Shown: positions 1 to 8,899 of the stretch, piece after piece
Layout of the letters: each line of letters opens with the position of its first letter
Numbering within the stretch: position 1 is the first letter of the stretch
From: an uncultured bacterium
GTDB taxonomy: Bacteria; Pseudomonadota; Alphaproteobacteria; Rs-D84
Direction: 5' to 3'
DNA: 64,000 nucleotides
NCBI GenBank assembly: GCA_950096895.1
Contig: CATNBF010000003.1
Location: forward strand, 3,801 to 67,800
Made by a program: the position numbers and the translations under genes
Notes under the pieces: generated by a model
Database searches by the model: none
The model's input: the letters and a program-made list of their open reading frames with translations, nothing else
Told to the model about the DNA's origin: nothing

Positions 1-332
1 TGCCCCTTGGCCTGATCCGCCGGACAGCCACATGCCTGGGCCGCCGCCAGCTCGTTCGAAGATTCTAATTTCACCGTCATATTTTCGGACAATGATACTG
101 TCTTGGGCTCTGATCCGACAAATGAAATCTTGACCTGGGTTCCCGGGGACATCGTGGTTCCGGTATCAAATTTTCCATCGGCATCTGTGATGACGCCAAT
201 ATTGGGATTGGCAACGCTTTGGATGGTGGCCCCCGGTAATGTATTGCCATCGGCATCCATAACCGTTCCCGTGACCGCCATCGCAGGCATTGCCCCAAAT
301 AACGTCAGAAAAAACATCCCTATTTTTTTCAT
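1..332 (-). CDS. TonB-dependent receptor, N-terminal part (partial; gene continues beyond window start)
   Basis: Minus-strand frame from ATG at 332 is open to the window edge (not in the ORF track because it has no stop). Translation MKKIGMFFLTLFGAMPAMA (signal peptide) then TGTVMDADGNTLPGATIQSV...ITDADGKFD, a carboxypeptidase-regulatory-like fold typical of the N-terminus of SusC/RagA-type TonB-dependent receptors. Confidence 0.45.
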   Translation of the reverse strand, partial: MKKIGMFFLTLFGAMPAMAVTGTVMDADGNTLPGATIQSVANPNIGVITDADGKFDTGTTMSPGTQVKISFVGSEPKTVSLSENMTVKLESSNELAAAQACGCPADQAKG

Positions 333-341
333 TTGTTTTCC

Positions 342-614
342 CTATTTATACTGCGCACATTTACTGTCCACGTATTCCTTGTCTGCCATCTGCCCCAGAA
401 CCATATCACTGGTCAAGCCGATTTCTTGACACGCCTTTGGCACACATTGACGTCGCGTTTGGCCCGCCCGGCATGTATAAGGTACTAAATTACACTTTCC
501 CGTTACATCACGATCATATGGTTCGTCCAATTTTGCGTTCCATTCGGCCACGGCTTTTGTCTTAAGGCGATCAAATATTGCCTGGTACCCCAAATCCGAT
601 CTGGATATCATCAA
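342..614 (-). CDS. hypothetical small Cys-containing protein (90 aa)
   Basis: ORF tightly packed between the Cys-rich paralog at 645-2174 and the TonB-receptor start (9-nt gap). No signal peptide, five Cys. No recognisable family. Confidence 0.2.
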   Translation of the reverse strand: MMISRSDLGYQAIFDRLKTKAVAEWNAKLDEPYDRDVTGKCNLVPYTCRAGQTRRQCVPKACQEIGLTSDMVLGQMADKEYVDSKCAQYK

Positions 615-644
615 TTCCCGCCGGACCGCCGCGATACACCGACT

Positions 645-2174
645 CTAATCATTCGACGTATCAACAACTTTGTTATCTATAACCAGTTCATCATCAATAC
701 CCCTCGCATCTTTTGCCTGTGCATCAATTTGTTGCGCCAATCTTTGTTGAATTTTATTCGTTTTCCTTATTTCTTTGTTTAATTCTCTGTTTTCTTTACT
801 GTTTTGCTTGGCAACGGCATCTTTTTGCGCCTGGGTCTCCAGATCACTAACTGCCTTGTCCACGGTTTCATTGTTTTTGATAACCTGATCTGCCATAGAT
901 TTGTTTGCCGCGGCATTTTCTTTGCTTTCTGCTTCTTTTTCTGCTTCGGCTTTCTTTACAGCCTTGGACGCCTTTTGACTATCCATGGCGCGATTAATGG
1001 CCCCAGATGCAAAACCACCGGCGGCAATACCCAACCCGCCCCCCATAAACTGCATCGTGGCAGATTCTTGTTCCCGCGTGCGTCGATAGGCGTTTTCTTT
1101 GAATGTTGTAATATTAACACCAAACCAATCTTGGTTACAGTCAAAGGACATACCTGCATACCGCTTGCGCGATGCAAAAGGCTTGGTTTCTTTGTCGGCA
1201 TAAAAATTCACGGTAAAGACACAATCAAATGTCCGTTCATCAAACATGGCCCCCATCCCCTGGCATTTCGTGGCCATTTGATCCCGCAAAGCGGTCAAAC
1301 GTTTTTCATCTTGTTGAATCTGTTTTTCGGCATCAACACGCAAATTCGCCAATACTTCACCTGTACGAGCAGCCAAGCCATTATCGACACGCGTCGTGCA
1401 TTCTTTCAAATCAGAATTACATTTGGCAATGGCTTTATCCGCGGCGGTTTTGCCCAAACACTGGGTCATTTGGATGCCGCACGTGCTGATAATACATTTG
1501 TTATAATTATTTCCACAATCGTAAATATTTTGATAATTTGCCAAACGCGCATAATGATCACGATCGGCCCGAATTTCATCAACAAACAGATTAAATTCTT
1601 TGGCCGTACATTCTGTTTCCCGCCGGCAAGAATTTAATTTATCCGACCATATAGTATCGCCATCACCGGCACAGCCCGAAAATTTATTATCCGAACACTT
1701 TTTCGCCATACACGCCCGCAATTTCTGGTCACAGAGAATTGCCCCACCCAATACCTGGGTCTGTTCCGCGGCCTGGATCGCATCGGCTGCATCCAGACTG
1801 GCCCGCTGGCGACGAATGGCCGTCCCCAGGGCGTCTTCGTCTGCACTTTTTGTTCCTTGACCGACCGCCGACATCGCTTCTTCGAACATGGCCGATCGAT
1901 CTTCGATAATCATGGGCTGGGGCTCTGGTTCGGTTACAACCGTCGTTTCTACCACCTGTTCTGTGACGATGTCCGCCGCCGGTGTTGTTGCCGGGGCCAC
2001 AGTATTTCGCACCGTCGCTGATGCCGCCCCACGCGATACCGCCGGACGCGTCGCACCACCCCGCGCAGTTACATTGGCCGAAAACGCCGGCATCACACCA
2101 ATCACCAGCCCCAGCGCAACCACCACCCCGGCCCGGATTTTTTTATTCCAAAGATCTTTTATGCCCTGTGTCAT
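645..2174 (-). CDS. secreted/membrane-anchored cysteine-rich protein, paralog family member P0 (509 aa)
   Basis: N-terminal hydrophobic segment (VVVALGLVIGVMPAFSA). Ala/Thr/Arg-rich linker. Cys block CDQKLRACMAKKC matching the family motif C-x6-C-x4-C. Gly-rich segment GGGLGIAAGGFASG like the P2 C-terminus. Lys/Glu-rich coiled-coil tail. Confidence 0.7.
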   Translation of the reverse strand: MTQGIKDLWNKKIRAGVVVALGLVIGVMPAFSANVTARGGATRPAVSRGAASATVRNTVAPATTPAADIVTEQVVETTVVTEPEPQPMIIEDRSAMFEEAMSAVGQGTKSADEDALGTAIRRQRASLDAADAIQAAEQTQVLGGAILCDQKLRACMAKKCSDNKFSGCAGDGDTIWSDKLNSCRRETECTAKEFNLFVDEIRADRDHYARLANYQNIYDCGNNYNKCIISTCGIQMTQCLGKTAADKAIAKCNSDLKECTTRVDNGLAARTGEVLANLRVDAEKQIQQDEKRLTALRDQMATKCQGMGAMFDERTFDCVFTVNFYADKETKPFASRKRYAGMSFDCNQDWFGVNITTFKENAYRRTREQESATMQFMGGGLGIAAGGFASGAINRAMDSQKASKAVKKAEAEKEAESKENAAANKSMADQVIKNNETVDKAVSDLETQAQKDAVAKQNSKENRELNKEIRKTNKIQQRLAQQIDAQAKDARGIDDELVIDNKVVDTSND

Positions 2175-2196
2175 GATTGATTAATAAATCCCTGTC

Positions 2197-3069
2197 CTAT
2201 TTTCTGACCGTATTACATGCCAATTCCATGTATTTACACATCAACACCGCCGATGCCCGTTCGGCGGCATAACCATCTGCACACTGATGCGGCATATTAG
2301 TGCTGCACACCTGCTCTACACAACGATCGCGCCCTTTGGTACCTTGACAATCACTTTGTACCACCGCCCATTCTTCGGTGCGTTTTTTCTGATACGATGC
2401 CGCAATTTGGTTCAAAACCGTTTCGGCATTCTGGATCGCAGTATCACGATTGGCCAATAATGTCGTCCGAATCCCTTGCATAAATTCATCGCAACCCGTC
2501 GCATCCGACACCGCGCATTCCGACAGATTTCGATCAAATACCACCCCATCGACACACCCGGCATAGTTGCCCCCACAACGTTTTTCCTGAATAATACATG
2601 CCTGCATTTGTGTTTCACACGTGGCCTGGTCTTTAACAACCTTGGCCGCCACGGCCAATTGGCTATATTGTGCCGCCACGCCCGCCGCCGTACATGATTG
2701 CGATATCAACTTGTCATAATTATCCGCCACATCATCTGCCGTACACGCCGTTAATTTGGCCAAACACTGTGTCTGGGCCCATGCATAGCGCGTCACAGGA
2801 TCCGTCGGCGCGTTTTTTAATTCTTTGTCTGATATGGTATAATTTGATGATTGTCCCACAGACACACTGCGCATCCCCCCCTTGGTCGGTGGCGTACCCG
2901 CATCGGGCGTTCCACAATATTGACACCGGGCGGATGGATTGCTGCCTATATTAATGGCACACACAGAATCCAAGCAGCGTGTCAAATTCGCCCGCGAACA
3001 TGTCGCCGCCCCCACAGAACCGGTCGCCATTATCCCCAAGGCTATAAAAATCACAGGTTTTATATTCAT
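2197..3069 (-). CDS. secreted cysteine-rich protein, paralog family member P0b (290 aa)
   Basis: Signal peptide MNIKPVIFIALGIMATGSVGAA. Cys-rich (about 28 Cys), including a loosely family-like N-terminal CSRANLTRCLDSVC block (C-x7-C-x4-C, without the CMDxFC core). 22-bp gap to the downstream P0, suggesting an operon. Confidence 0.7.
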   Translation of the reverse strand: MNIKPVIFIALGIMATGSVGAATCSRANLTRCLDSVCAINIGSNPSARCQYCGTPDAGTPPTKGGMRSVSVGQSSNYTISDKELKNAPTDPVTRYAWAQTQCLAKLTACTADDVADNYDKLISQSCTAAGVAAQYSQLAVAAKVVKDQATCETQMQACIIQEKRCGGNYAGCVDGVVFDRNLSECAVSDATGCDEFMQGIRTTLLANRDTAIQNAETVLNQIAASYQKKRTEEWAVVQSDCQGTKGRDRCVEQVCSTNMPHQCADGYAAERASAVLMCKYMELACNTVRK

Positions 3070-3084
3070 TCTCTCTTATCCGCA

Positions 3085-3113
3085 ACTATATCAAATATCA
3101 ACACCTAACGCAA
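3085..3113 (-). promoter_or_regulatory. putative sigma70 promoter for P0b (TTGCGT-17-TATAGT with TG extended -10)
   Basis: Minus-strand reading TTGCGTtaggtgttgatatttgaTATAGT, 9-15 nt upstream of the P0b ATG (3069). The -10 is preceded by TGa, as in the homologous cassettes at 23623 and 27074. Confidence 0.35.
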
Positions 3114-3144
3114 AGGAAAAACATTTCTTTATTTAACTTTTTTA

Positions 3145-3174
3145 TTGACAAATTTATATTTTTGTTTATATTAT
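3145..3174 (+). promoter_or_regulatory. putative promoter TTGACAAATTT...-17-ATATTA/TATTAT for gene 3202-3768
   Basis: TTGACA at 3145-3150 and an A/T -10 at 3168-3174. The same TTGACAAATTT core and flanks recur upstream of the genes at 23715 and 27160. Confidence 0.4.
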
Positions 3175-3201
3175 ATACTAAATAAACCCAGGATATTTAA
3201 C

Positions 3202-3768
3202 ATGACACGCAATATAAACAACACACAATTACCAGACATTGATCGCCCCAGCACGGCCCAGAATATAACCCAAGGCGCACGTCATTTTTTTGATTTGCTG
3301 GGCGGCATTTTGGCCAGTCGGATTGCCTTGCTGACCTATGCGGGGGTGATTATTTACCTGTTCGCGACACAATTCAAGGGATGCCGCGCATCGGACAATT
3401 CAGATAAATCGGATAAATTGGATCAAAACGTGGAATCGCCCACCCAGACAACATTAACCCCATCAGAAATTGATGATGATCGCGCCTATTGGATGCAAAT
3501 GTTTGATGCGGCCCGTCTGCGTGCAGATTCTTTACAGCAAGAATTGGATATCGCCACATCAAATCTATTGGATTGCCAGGCTGAAAAAATCGCCCCCATG
3601 CCAAAGCCAAAGCCGCGGCGCGTAACACCAGCCCAAAAAAAACCGGCACCACGGCCAACCGCGCCTGCAAAAACAGTAATGTCATCGGTCCCAACACCGG
3701 CCCAGCCTGCGCCAGCAGATACAATCAAGATTTATATTAAACGCACACGAACTGTTCGTTGGTATTAA
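3202..3768 (+). CDS. hypothetical single-pass membrane protein with coiled-coil and Pro-rich C-terminus
   Basis: Start moved from the ORF-track 3145 to ATG 3202 because 3145 lies inside the -35 hexamer. AGGA RBS at 3190-3193. TM helix ILASRIALLTYAGVIIYLFA. PKPKPRRVTPAQKKPAPRPTAPAK tail. Architecture resembles the gene at 27160. Confidence 0.5.
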   Translation: MTRNINNTQLPDIDRPSTAQNITQGARHFFDLLGGILASRIALLTYAGVIIYLFATQFKGCRASDNSDKSDKLDQNVESPTQTTLTPSEIDDDRAYWMQMFDAARLRADSLQQELDIATSNLLDCQAEKIAPMPKPKPRRVTPAQKKPAPRPTAPAKTVMSSVPTPAQPAPADTIKIYIKRTRTVRWY

Positions 3769-3772
3769 ACCA

Positions 3773-3797
3773 ATCCCGCAAATGCGGGATTTTTTAT
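3773..3797 (+). terminator. rho-independent terminator (ATCCCGC-aaat-GCGGGAT + T-tract)
   Basis: Perfect 7-bp stem followed by TTTTTTATT, immediately after the stop at 3766-3768. Confidence 0.6.
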
Positions 3798-3927
3798 TAG
3801 TCCACAGATCACATCAAAAAAATAAGCGGCGCAAAAATTCTTTTTATAAATATTTTCTGGACATATAAAAATGCTTTATGTTAAGATTTATTATATATGG
3901 TATATATTAAGTAGAGAGAATACATCC

Positions 3928-6900
3928 ATGAAACGCATAAAAGTTTTATTCGCGGCCTTGATTATGTTGCCCATGGCGGCATTCGGGGCCAGTGATTTTA
4001 CCGTGGCGGCCCAATTATTGGCGGCGGCAAAAAATGCCGATATTCAACAGGTGCAAATCCTGATCAATAATGGCGCAGATGTCAATTATGTGGATAGCAC
4101 GGGCCTATCCTTGGTATGTACGGCATTGATGAATAATGACTTGCGGGCGGCCCAAATTCTGCAGATGTATGGCGCAGATGCATCAAAATGTGATCGCCAG
4201 ATTAAAAAATATAACAACAACAATCGCCCCGTTGAAAATAGCGGGGGGCTGTTTAGCGGCCTGTCGTCAACCCAAACAATTGCATTGGCGGCGGCGGGGG
4301 CCGCCGTTGTCGTTGGGGGGCTGCTGCTGCTGACGGATGTGTTTGATCCAGGTAATGACAACAATAATCCAAGTGGCGGTGGTTCACGCCCAGGGGGCGA
4401 TCCAGATCCGATTGTGCCCATTGCCAAGGAAAAATTCACCCTGCCCTATGGGCCGGCAATGCCGGACAAGCAATCGGAATTGGACGATTACATCAACAAT
4501 CTGAATGTGTATAGTCCATCGATTGATAATATTTATTCCCGGAATTTTAAGTTGATGACGAACGGGACAACGCAAAATCCTGCTCAAAATTACCTGTTGA
4601 TGATGCATGGATATTCACCACTGGCCCGTGGATATTTGGGGGCGCGGACATTACGCTATGAATCTAATGCGCCGGTACCGAATTCTGTGTTGGGAAAAAT
4701 TAATATCAAAGGCGAAATTGTTGGCGGTGGACGCCCGGTTAATGTCGCCTTGGTAACAGCAAACGGGATTAATGCCACGCCAAAGCCGGCCGGTGCCATC
4801 AGTGCCGAAAAAAATTCCTTGGACGATAAATTATTGGCCTGGACCAGTATCAGTGGTAATCAGCTTAATCTGGCCCCCGAAATCGGTAATTTATCCAGTA
4901 AATATTTCAACAACAAAATCATTCTGGGTGGTGACGGTGCAGAATTAACGAATTCTTATACGGTCGAAGACGGCGATTTAGTGGGGGCATTTGACTTAAC
5001 CGGATTTGGCACAGCGATCAATAATGCAAATGCATCGAATTTGGATAATCAATTGGCCAAGATCTTGGGCGGAAACCCCAGTGGTTACGCCAATGCCGAT
5101 TACATCGGCTTTATTCCCAACGGTCAAATGACCATCTTTCGTTCGGGCGATGGCACGGGTATGATTGACGTGGCCGCGGCGGATGCGATCAATGGAACCT
5201 ATACCGGCCCAGGGAATAAACCAGAAACCATCACATTTAATGGGAAAACATACACGCTGGTTCATACGGGGACAACATTTGTTGCCACAGAAAACGTTGC
5301 CACGGGCGAAACCCCAACGGTCTTGAATGGATATATGGGCGCAAACGGTATGATGTATATGGCCTCTGTTAATGGGTCAAATACCATTGATATGGCCTTT
5401 AACCTGGCAACTGCGGGGATTATGACGCAAAAGTTAAAACGGGGTGAAATTGATTACATGAATTATACCGCCTTGTTGCGTGCCAAGACATTATCCACAG
5501 ACTTGGCCGGTGGTCGTTCACGCGTGGGTGTTATTGCCAATGGCAATGTTATCGGTAAATTGCACAGTCGCGATGCCGCCACCATCGACACGATTTTATC
5601 GGGGGCATCAAACAATTATCAAACATCTTTCTTGAATCTGGTCAATGAATATTATCAAAATCCCAATGCAGATCACAGTGGCACATCCTATACATCCCCA
5701 TCTGATGCCGCCCAGGCATTCTTTGGCGGCATTTGGTCTGCGGATTCAACACCATTGACCATCTTTTCCACCGGGGCATTTGAAACGGATCAGAATTATT
5801 CTGGCCCAACATTAACCGCATCTTTTGAAAATGCCGCCCCATTGGTGTTTGGTAATAAATTATCCCATTTGTTTGCATCTGTGGTGGCGGTTGGCCTGAC
5901 GGGATCGGGTACCAATGACCAATCAAATGTGTCTGGGTATTCAACATCAAATAAAATTGCCATATCCCAATGGCGCGATATGAATGGAACGCCATCCGAC
6001 CCAGATGATGATAAATACTACAAGGCCCGTATTTGTGGGGTTGCTGGGACCGGAACCGGGGCAATTGACCCGTGGTGCTTTGCAGCGGCGGGAATTACCG
6101 ATGAAATGGCGGTATCATCGATGGCCGGTGCGGCGGGCGCATTGCGATCGGCGTTTGATTACATGAACACAGACCAGATTTTTGTGTTGATGGCATTGAC
6201 AGCAGATGGTCCCTTTTTGGCCACAACAACCAATGGAACCGCAATGACGCGTGATGATTTGATCGCCCATTTACAGTCGATGTACCTGTTGCCCAATGAA
6301 TACCAGGCGGCAGTAACCAACGGAACAAAAACATATTTGGATGCATTCCGCGAAGTCTTTGGTTATGGTCTGATTAATTTGGAACGCGCCACAAAACCCA
6401 ACACCAAGATTTATTTCTATGACGGATCGGCCAACCGAATTGTATCGGCCAATGGAAATGCCTATTGGCGCGCCGCCAGCAATACGGTATTTCGGGCATC
6501 TTCGGCGTTTGCACCGCGTACCGCCACAATCAGTGCACCCTTCTTTGATATCCTGGAAAGTGTAGATGGCGATATGTCCATGCCACGTATCTGGCAGAAC
6601 GAATTTGCCATCGGCACCACCGATGCCCGCGGATTATATATGGGCGACGTATTGGGGGAAATGCGGGTCCGTGATGATCAAAACCGTATTGCCCGAACAC
6701 AAATCGGTAATATGGAATTTGCCATTGGCATGTCTGATCGACGGGGCGATGATAACCTAAATGGGTTGGATACAATGCGGCTGGATTACGCCCATGGGAA
6801 CGTACACCTGGGGGCCGGGTTCCAGCGTAATTTCACCGATGGGGCGGCGCGTTTTGATGACCGAACAAATCCTGTCTTGAACCTGGCATCAAATGTCTTG

Positions 6901-7644
6901 ACATCAGATGCGGCATATAATTATGGCAATTGGACATTTGGGGCACGGGCATTTTCGGGTGCGATCACAGACGAAGGCCTGTTGGAAAACGATCCAACCG
7001 TGGCGGCCAACTTTGAACCGGGCCAATTGGGCCTGGCCCATGGGGGACAAATCAGTGTATCGCACACGCGTGACAATTTGCGTTTAGACCTGATGACTGG
7101 TGTGTTACGTGAATCGAATACCATTTTGGGGGCCCAGACCGGCGGATTGTTAAGCCTGGGCGGCGGCGATACCATGTACATTAACGCGACGGCGCAATAT
7201 GATCTGGGGTCGGATCTCACCCTGTATGCGCGATCAACATTTGCCCGTACAACTGGCGATGCCAATGGGGATTTTATCATGGGGCTTAGCTCTATTGACT
7301 CAAATTCATTTGCCATCGGCGCAGATGTTGGCCCGGTGACATTAACACTGGCCCGCCCATTGGGGGTAACACGTGGTCATATGCAATATGCCCATGCCGA
7401 ATATGACGTTGTTCAAAACGCCGACGGCAAATATGAATTGAATGTTGTTGATACGCATGTTGCAGATCTTAACCTAAGCCCGCGTCACCGCGAACTGCGT
7501 CTGATGGCGGAATATCGCCGCCCACTGGGGAAATTTACCGATGGAGCCTTTGGAATGATATACCGCATTCATCCCAACAATACAGATGAATTCGGAAATG
7601 AATCAATCTTTATGATGAAATTTAGCCATCGCGTCGGCATCTAA
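3928..7644 (+). CDS. large (about 1238 aa) exported surface protein: signal peptide, ankyrin-repeat N-terminus, degenerate subtilase-like region, beta-rich C-terminal domain (possible autotransporter/OM barrel)
   Basis: Start chosen at ATG 3928 (MKRIKVLFAALIMLPMAAFGA signal peptide, GAGAGA RBS). Ankyrin-like repeat AAKNADIQQVQILINNGADVNYVDSTGLSLVCTALMNNDLRAAQILQMYGADAS. Hydrophobic segment TIALAAAGAAVVVGGLLLL. Subtilase-like C-terminal signature FGYGLINLERA, but the Ser motif is degenerate (SSMAGAAGAL). Last ~450 aa show an alternating hydrophobic beta pattern. Confidence 0.65.
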   Translation: MKRIKVLFAALIMLPMAAFGASDFTVAAQLLAAAKNADIQQVQILINNGADVNYVDSTGLSLVCTALMNNDLRAAQILQMYGADASKCDRQIKKYNNNNRPVENSGGLFSGLSSTQTIALAAAGAAVVVGGLLLLTDVFDPGNDNNNPSGGGSRPGGDPDPIVPIAKEKFTLPYGPAMPDKQSELDDYINNLNVYSPSIDNIYSRNFKLMTNGTTQNPAQNYLLMMHGYSPLARGYLGARTLRYESNAPVPNSVLGKINIKGEIVGGGRPVNVALVTANGINATPKPAGAISAEKNSLDDKLLAWTSISGNQLNLAPEIGNLSSKYFNNKIILGGDGAELTNSYTVEDGDLVGAFDLTGFGTAINNANASNLDNQLAKILGGNPSGYANADYIGFIPNGQMTIFRSGDGTGMIDVAAADAINGTYTGPGNKPETITFNGKTYTLVHTGTTFVATENVATGETPTVLNGYMGANGMMYMASVNGSNTIDMAFNLATAGIMTQKLKRGEIDYMNYTALLRAKTLSTDLAGGRSRVGVIANGNVIGKLHSRDAATIDTILSGASNNYQTSFLNLVNEYYQNPNADHSGTSYTSPSDAAQAFFGGIWSADSTPLTIFSTGAFETDQNYSGPTLTASFENAAPLVFGNKLSHLFASVVAVGLTGSGTNDQSNVSGYSTSNKIAISQWRDMNGTPSDPDDDKYYKARICGVAGTGTGAIDPWCFAAAGITDEMAVSSMAGAAGALRSAFDYMNTDQIFVLMALTADGPFLATTTNGTAMTRDDLIAHLQSMYLLPNEYQAAVTNGTKTYLDAFREVFGYGLINLERATKPNTKIYFYDGSANRIVSANGNAYWRAASNTVFRASSAFAPRTATISAPFFDILESVDGDMSMPRIWQNEFAIGTTDARGLYMGDVLGEMRVRDDQNRIARTQIGNMEFAIGMSDRRGDDNLNGLDTMRLDYAHGNVHLGAGFQRNFTDGAARFDDRTNPVLNLASNVLTSDAAYNYGNWTFGARAFSGAITDEGLLENDPTVAANFEPGQLGLAHGGQISVSHTRDNLRLDLMTGVLRESNTILGAQTGGLLSLGGGDTMYINATAQYDLGSDLTLYARSTFARTTGDANGDFIMGLSSIDSNSFAIGADVGPVTLTLARPLGVTRGHMQYAHAEYDVVQNADGKYELNVVDTHVADLNLSPRHRELRLMAEYRRPLGKFTDGAFGMIYRIHPNNTDEFGNESIFMMKFSHRVGI

Positions 7645-7751
7645 ATCCCCAAAATACGCCAAAGTATCCGATCCAAACCCGCCAGCTTCGGCGGGTTAAA
7701 ATATTGACATTTTTTATTTTTAGTGTTATTTTAGATATAAAATTAAAACCC

Positions 7752-8261
7752 ATGCAAAAAATCAAGATTCATTTTCCCCGTCTGTTTAATGACGTCACGT
7801 CCCGGTGTCTGATTGGCGAAACATTCTCGCATACGATTTTTTATAATGTCCAGACCGGTCATTGGAATTGCCGCACATACGCCACGCAACCATTAACCAA
7901 TCAATCGATCACCACAAAACAAGTCCATCGTGCAATTGAAAAACTGGAATCCTTGAAATGGATGACCCACCACCGTGTGATGGCGGTTTTGGGAATGGTG
8001 GTGGATGATACTGCCTATACCGGGTGGGCCCAAATCACCCCAAACGCATCATATACGCAAAATGGCCATACATTTATTGGTAATATATTAATCCAAGACA
8101 CACGCAATAATGTGATAACCATGGGCCCACCCATTTGCGTACATAAATATTCATCGTCCCAAATGGCGGTTATGCGTGGCATGGGGGATTTTCTGTATTA
8201 TTTAACAGAAAACAGTGCATTCCGCAGAAGTTTGCAATCAAGCCAAATGAGCATGCGATAA
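7752..8261 (+). CDS. hypothetical protein (170 aa)
   Basis: Start moved to ATG 7752, downstream of a TTGACA at 7704-7709. No recognisable domain. Confidence 0.4.
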   Translation: MQKIKIHFPRLFNDVTSRCLIGETFSHTIFYNVQTGHWNCRTYATQPLTNQSITTKQVHRAIEKLESLKWMTHHRVMAVLGMVVDDTAYTGWAQITPNASYTQNGHTFIGNILIQDTRNNVITMGPPICVHKYSSSQMAVMRGMGDFLYYLTENSAFRRSLQSSQMSMR

Positions 8262-8268
8262 CAAAAAT

Positions 8269-8300
8269 CAGGCGGTGCATTTGCACCGCCTGGGGGTATC
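8269..8300 (+). terminator. rho-independent terminator (CAGGCGGTGC-attt-GCACCGCCTG)
   Basis: Perfect 10-bp stem 8 nt after the stop of 7752-8261, followed by a T-containing tract. Confidence 0.45.
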
Positions 8301-8389
8301 AACGTTTTCTCTCTGGCGTATATTATAGCACAAATTTTATCTATCCCAAATAATTTATTTTGTCATTTGAATCATCTATTGATTTAGCA

Positions 8390-8420
8390 AAAAAATTCCC
8401 GCCAATGGCGGGATTTTTTA
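8390..8420. terminator. bidirectional rho-independent terminator (AAAAAATTCCCGCC-aat-GGCGGGATTTTTT)
   Basis: A-tract, 7-bp GC stem, T-tract. Lies at the 3' end of the minus-strand gene 8418-8786. Confidence 0.6.
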
Positions 8421-8786
8421 TTTGACGATTTCAATCCGTTCGACATCAATTTCAGACTTGGTTAATCCACGATCAACTTCGCCATAAATTTTAACAACAT
8501 CATCCGGTGTCACTGTCACGCCATTCCAGTCATCATCATCTATTTCAATGGTTATGGTGCCACTCTGGTCACGCAGAATATATTTCTCGTCCCCTTGACG
8601 GCGAATAATGTTTCCTTGGACCACAACATAGGCATCATCACGCATACCGTTAACCTGGTCTATGGTGAAAATTGTTTCTGCCGTATCGACAAAGCCCCCA
8701 CGCATTTTTGGTGCCGGTTGAAATTCTGCATGCGCCGACGTAACCAAGACCAGTCCGCCCAACGCCATCATCATTGATTTTTTCAT
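8418..8786 (-). CDS. YgiW/BOF-family (bacterial OB-fold) periplasmic protein
   Basis: Start at ATG 8786 (MKKSMMMALGGLVLVTSAHA signal peptide, GGGGGAAAG RBS). Family signature DDDDWNGVTVTPDDVVKIYGEVDRGLTKSEIDVERIEI. Confidence 0.65.
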   Translation of the reverse strand: MKKSMMMALGGLVLVTSAHAEFQPAPKMRGGFVDTAETIFTIDQVNGMRDDAYVVVQGNIIRRQGDEKYILRDQSGTITIEIDDDDWNGVTVTPDDVVKIYGEVDRGLTKSEIDVERIEIVK

Positions 8787-8899
8787 ATCTTTCCCCCATT
8801 TGGTTGTGTATATCAATTATACCACACGCAAAATCAAAAATATCCAGGAATCATATCGCAAAAAAATAGCCAGGCGGTTTCCCATCCTGGCTATGGCGA

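Noticed and set aside
804-1637. 277-aa plus-strand ORF (and many similar antisense ORFs such as 9101-9370, 9942-10289, 22209-22619, 23230-23559, 45035-45676, 46367-47089)
   Set aside because: Each lies entirely antisense to a strongly supported gene (Cys-rich paralogs, fusA, tuf and others). They are low-complexity, have no RBS, and are explained by stop-codon-poor antisense frames of GC-rich or repetitive coding DNA.
3145-3201. ORF-track start at 3145 for gene 3202-3768, and 27112 for gene 27160-28173
   Set aside because: These ATGs fall inside the conserved TTGACA -35 hexamers of the predicted promoters. Downstream ATGs with RBS or leaderless context were chosen instead.
7677-7700. Hairpin AACCCGCC-agcttc-GGCGGGTT after the 1238-aa gene as a terminator
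   Set aside because: Good stem but followed by AAAATATT rather than a T-tract on the plus strand, so it is not a canonical intrinsic terminator for the upstream plus-strand gene. It may function on the minus strand or as an RNA stability element. Left unannotated.
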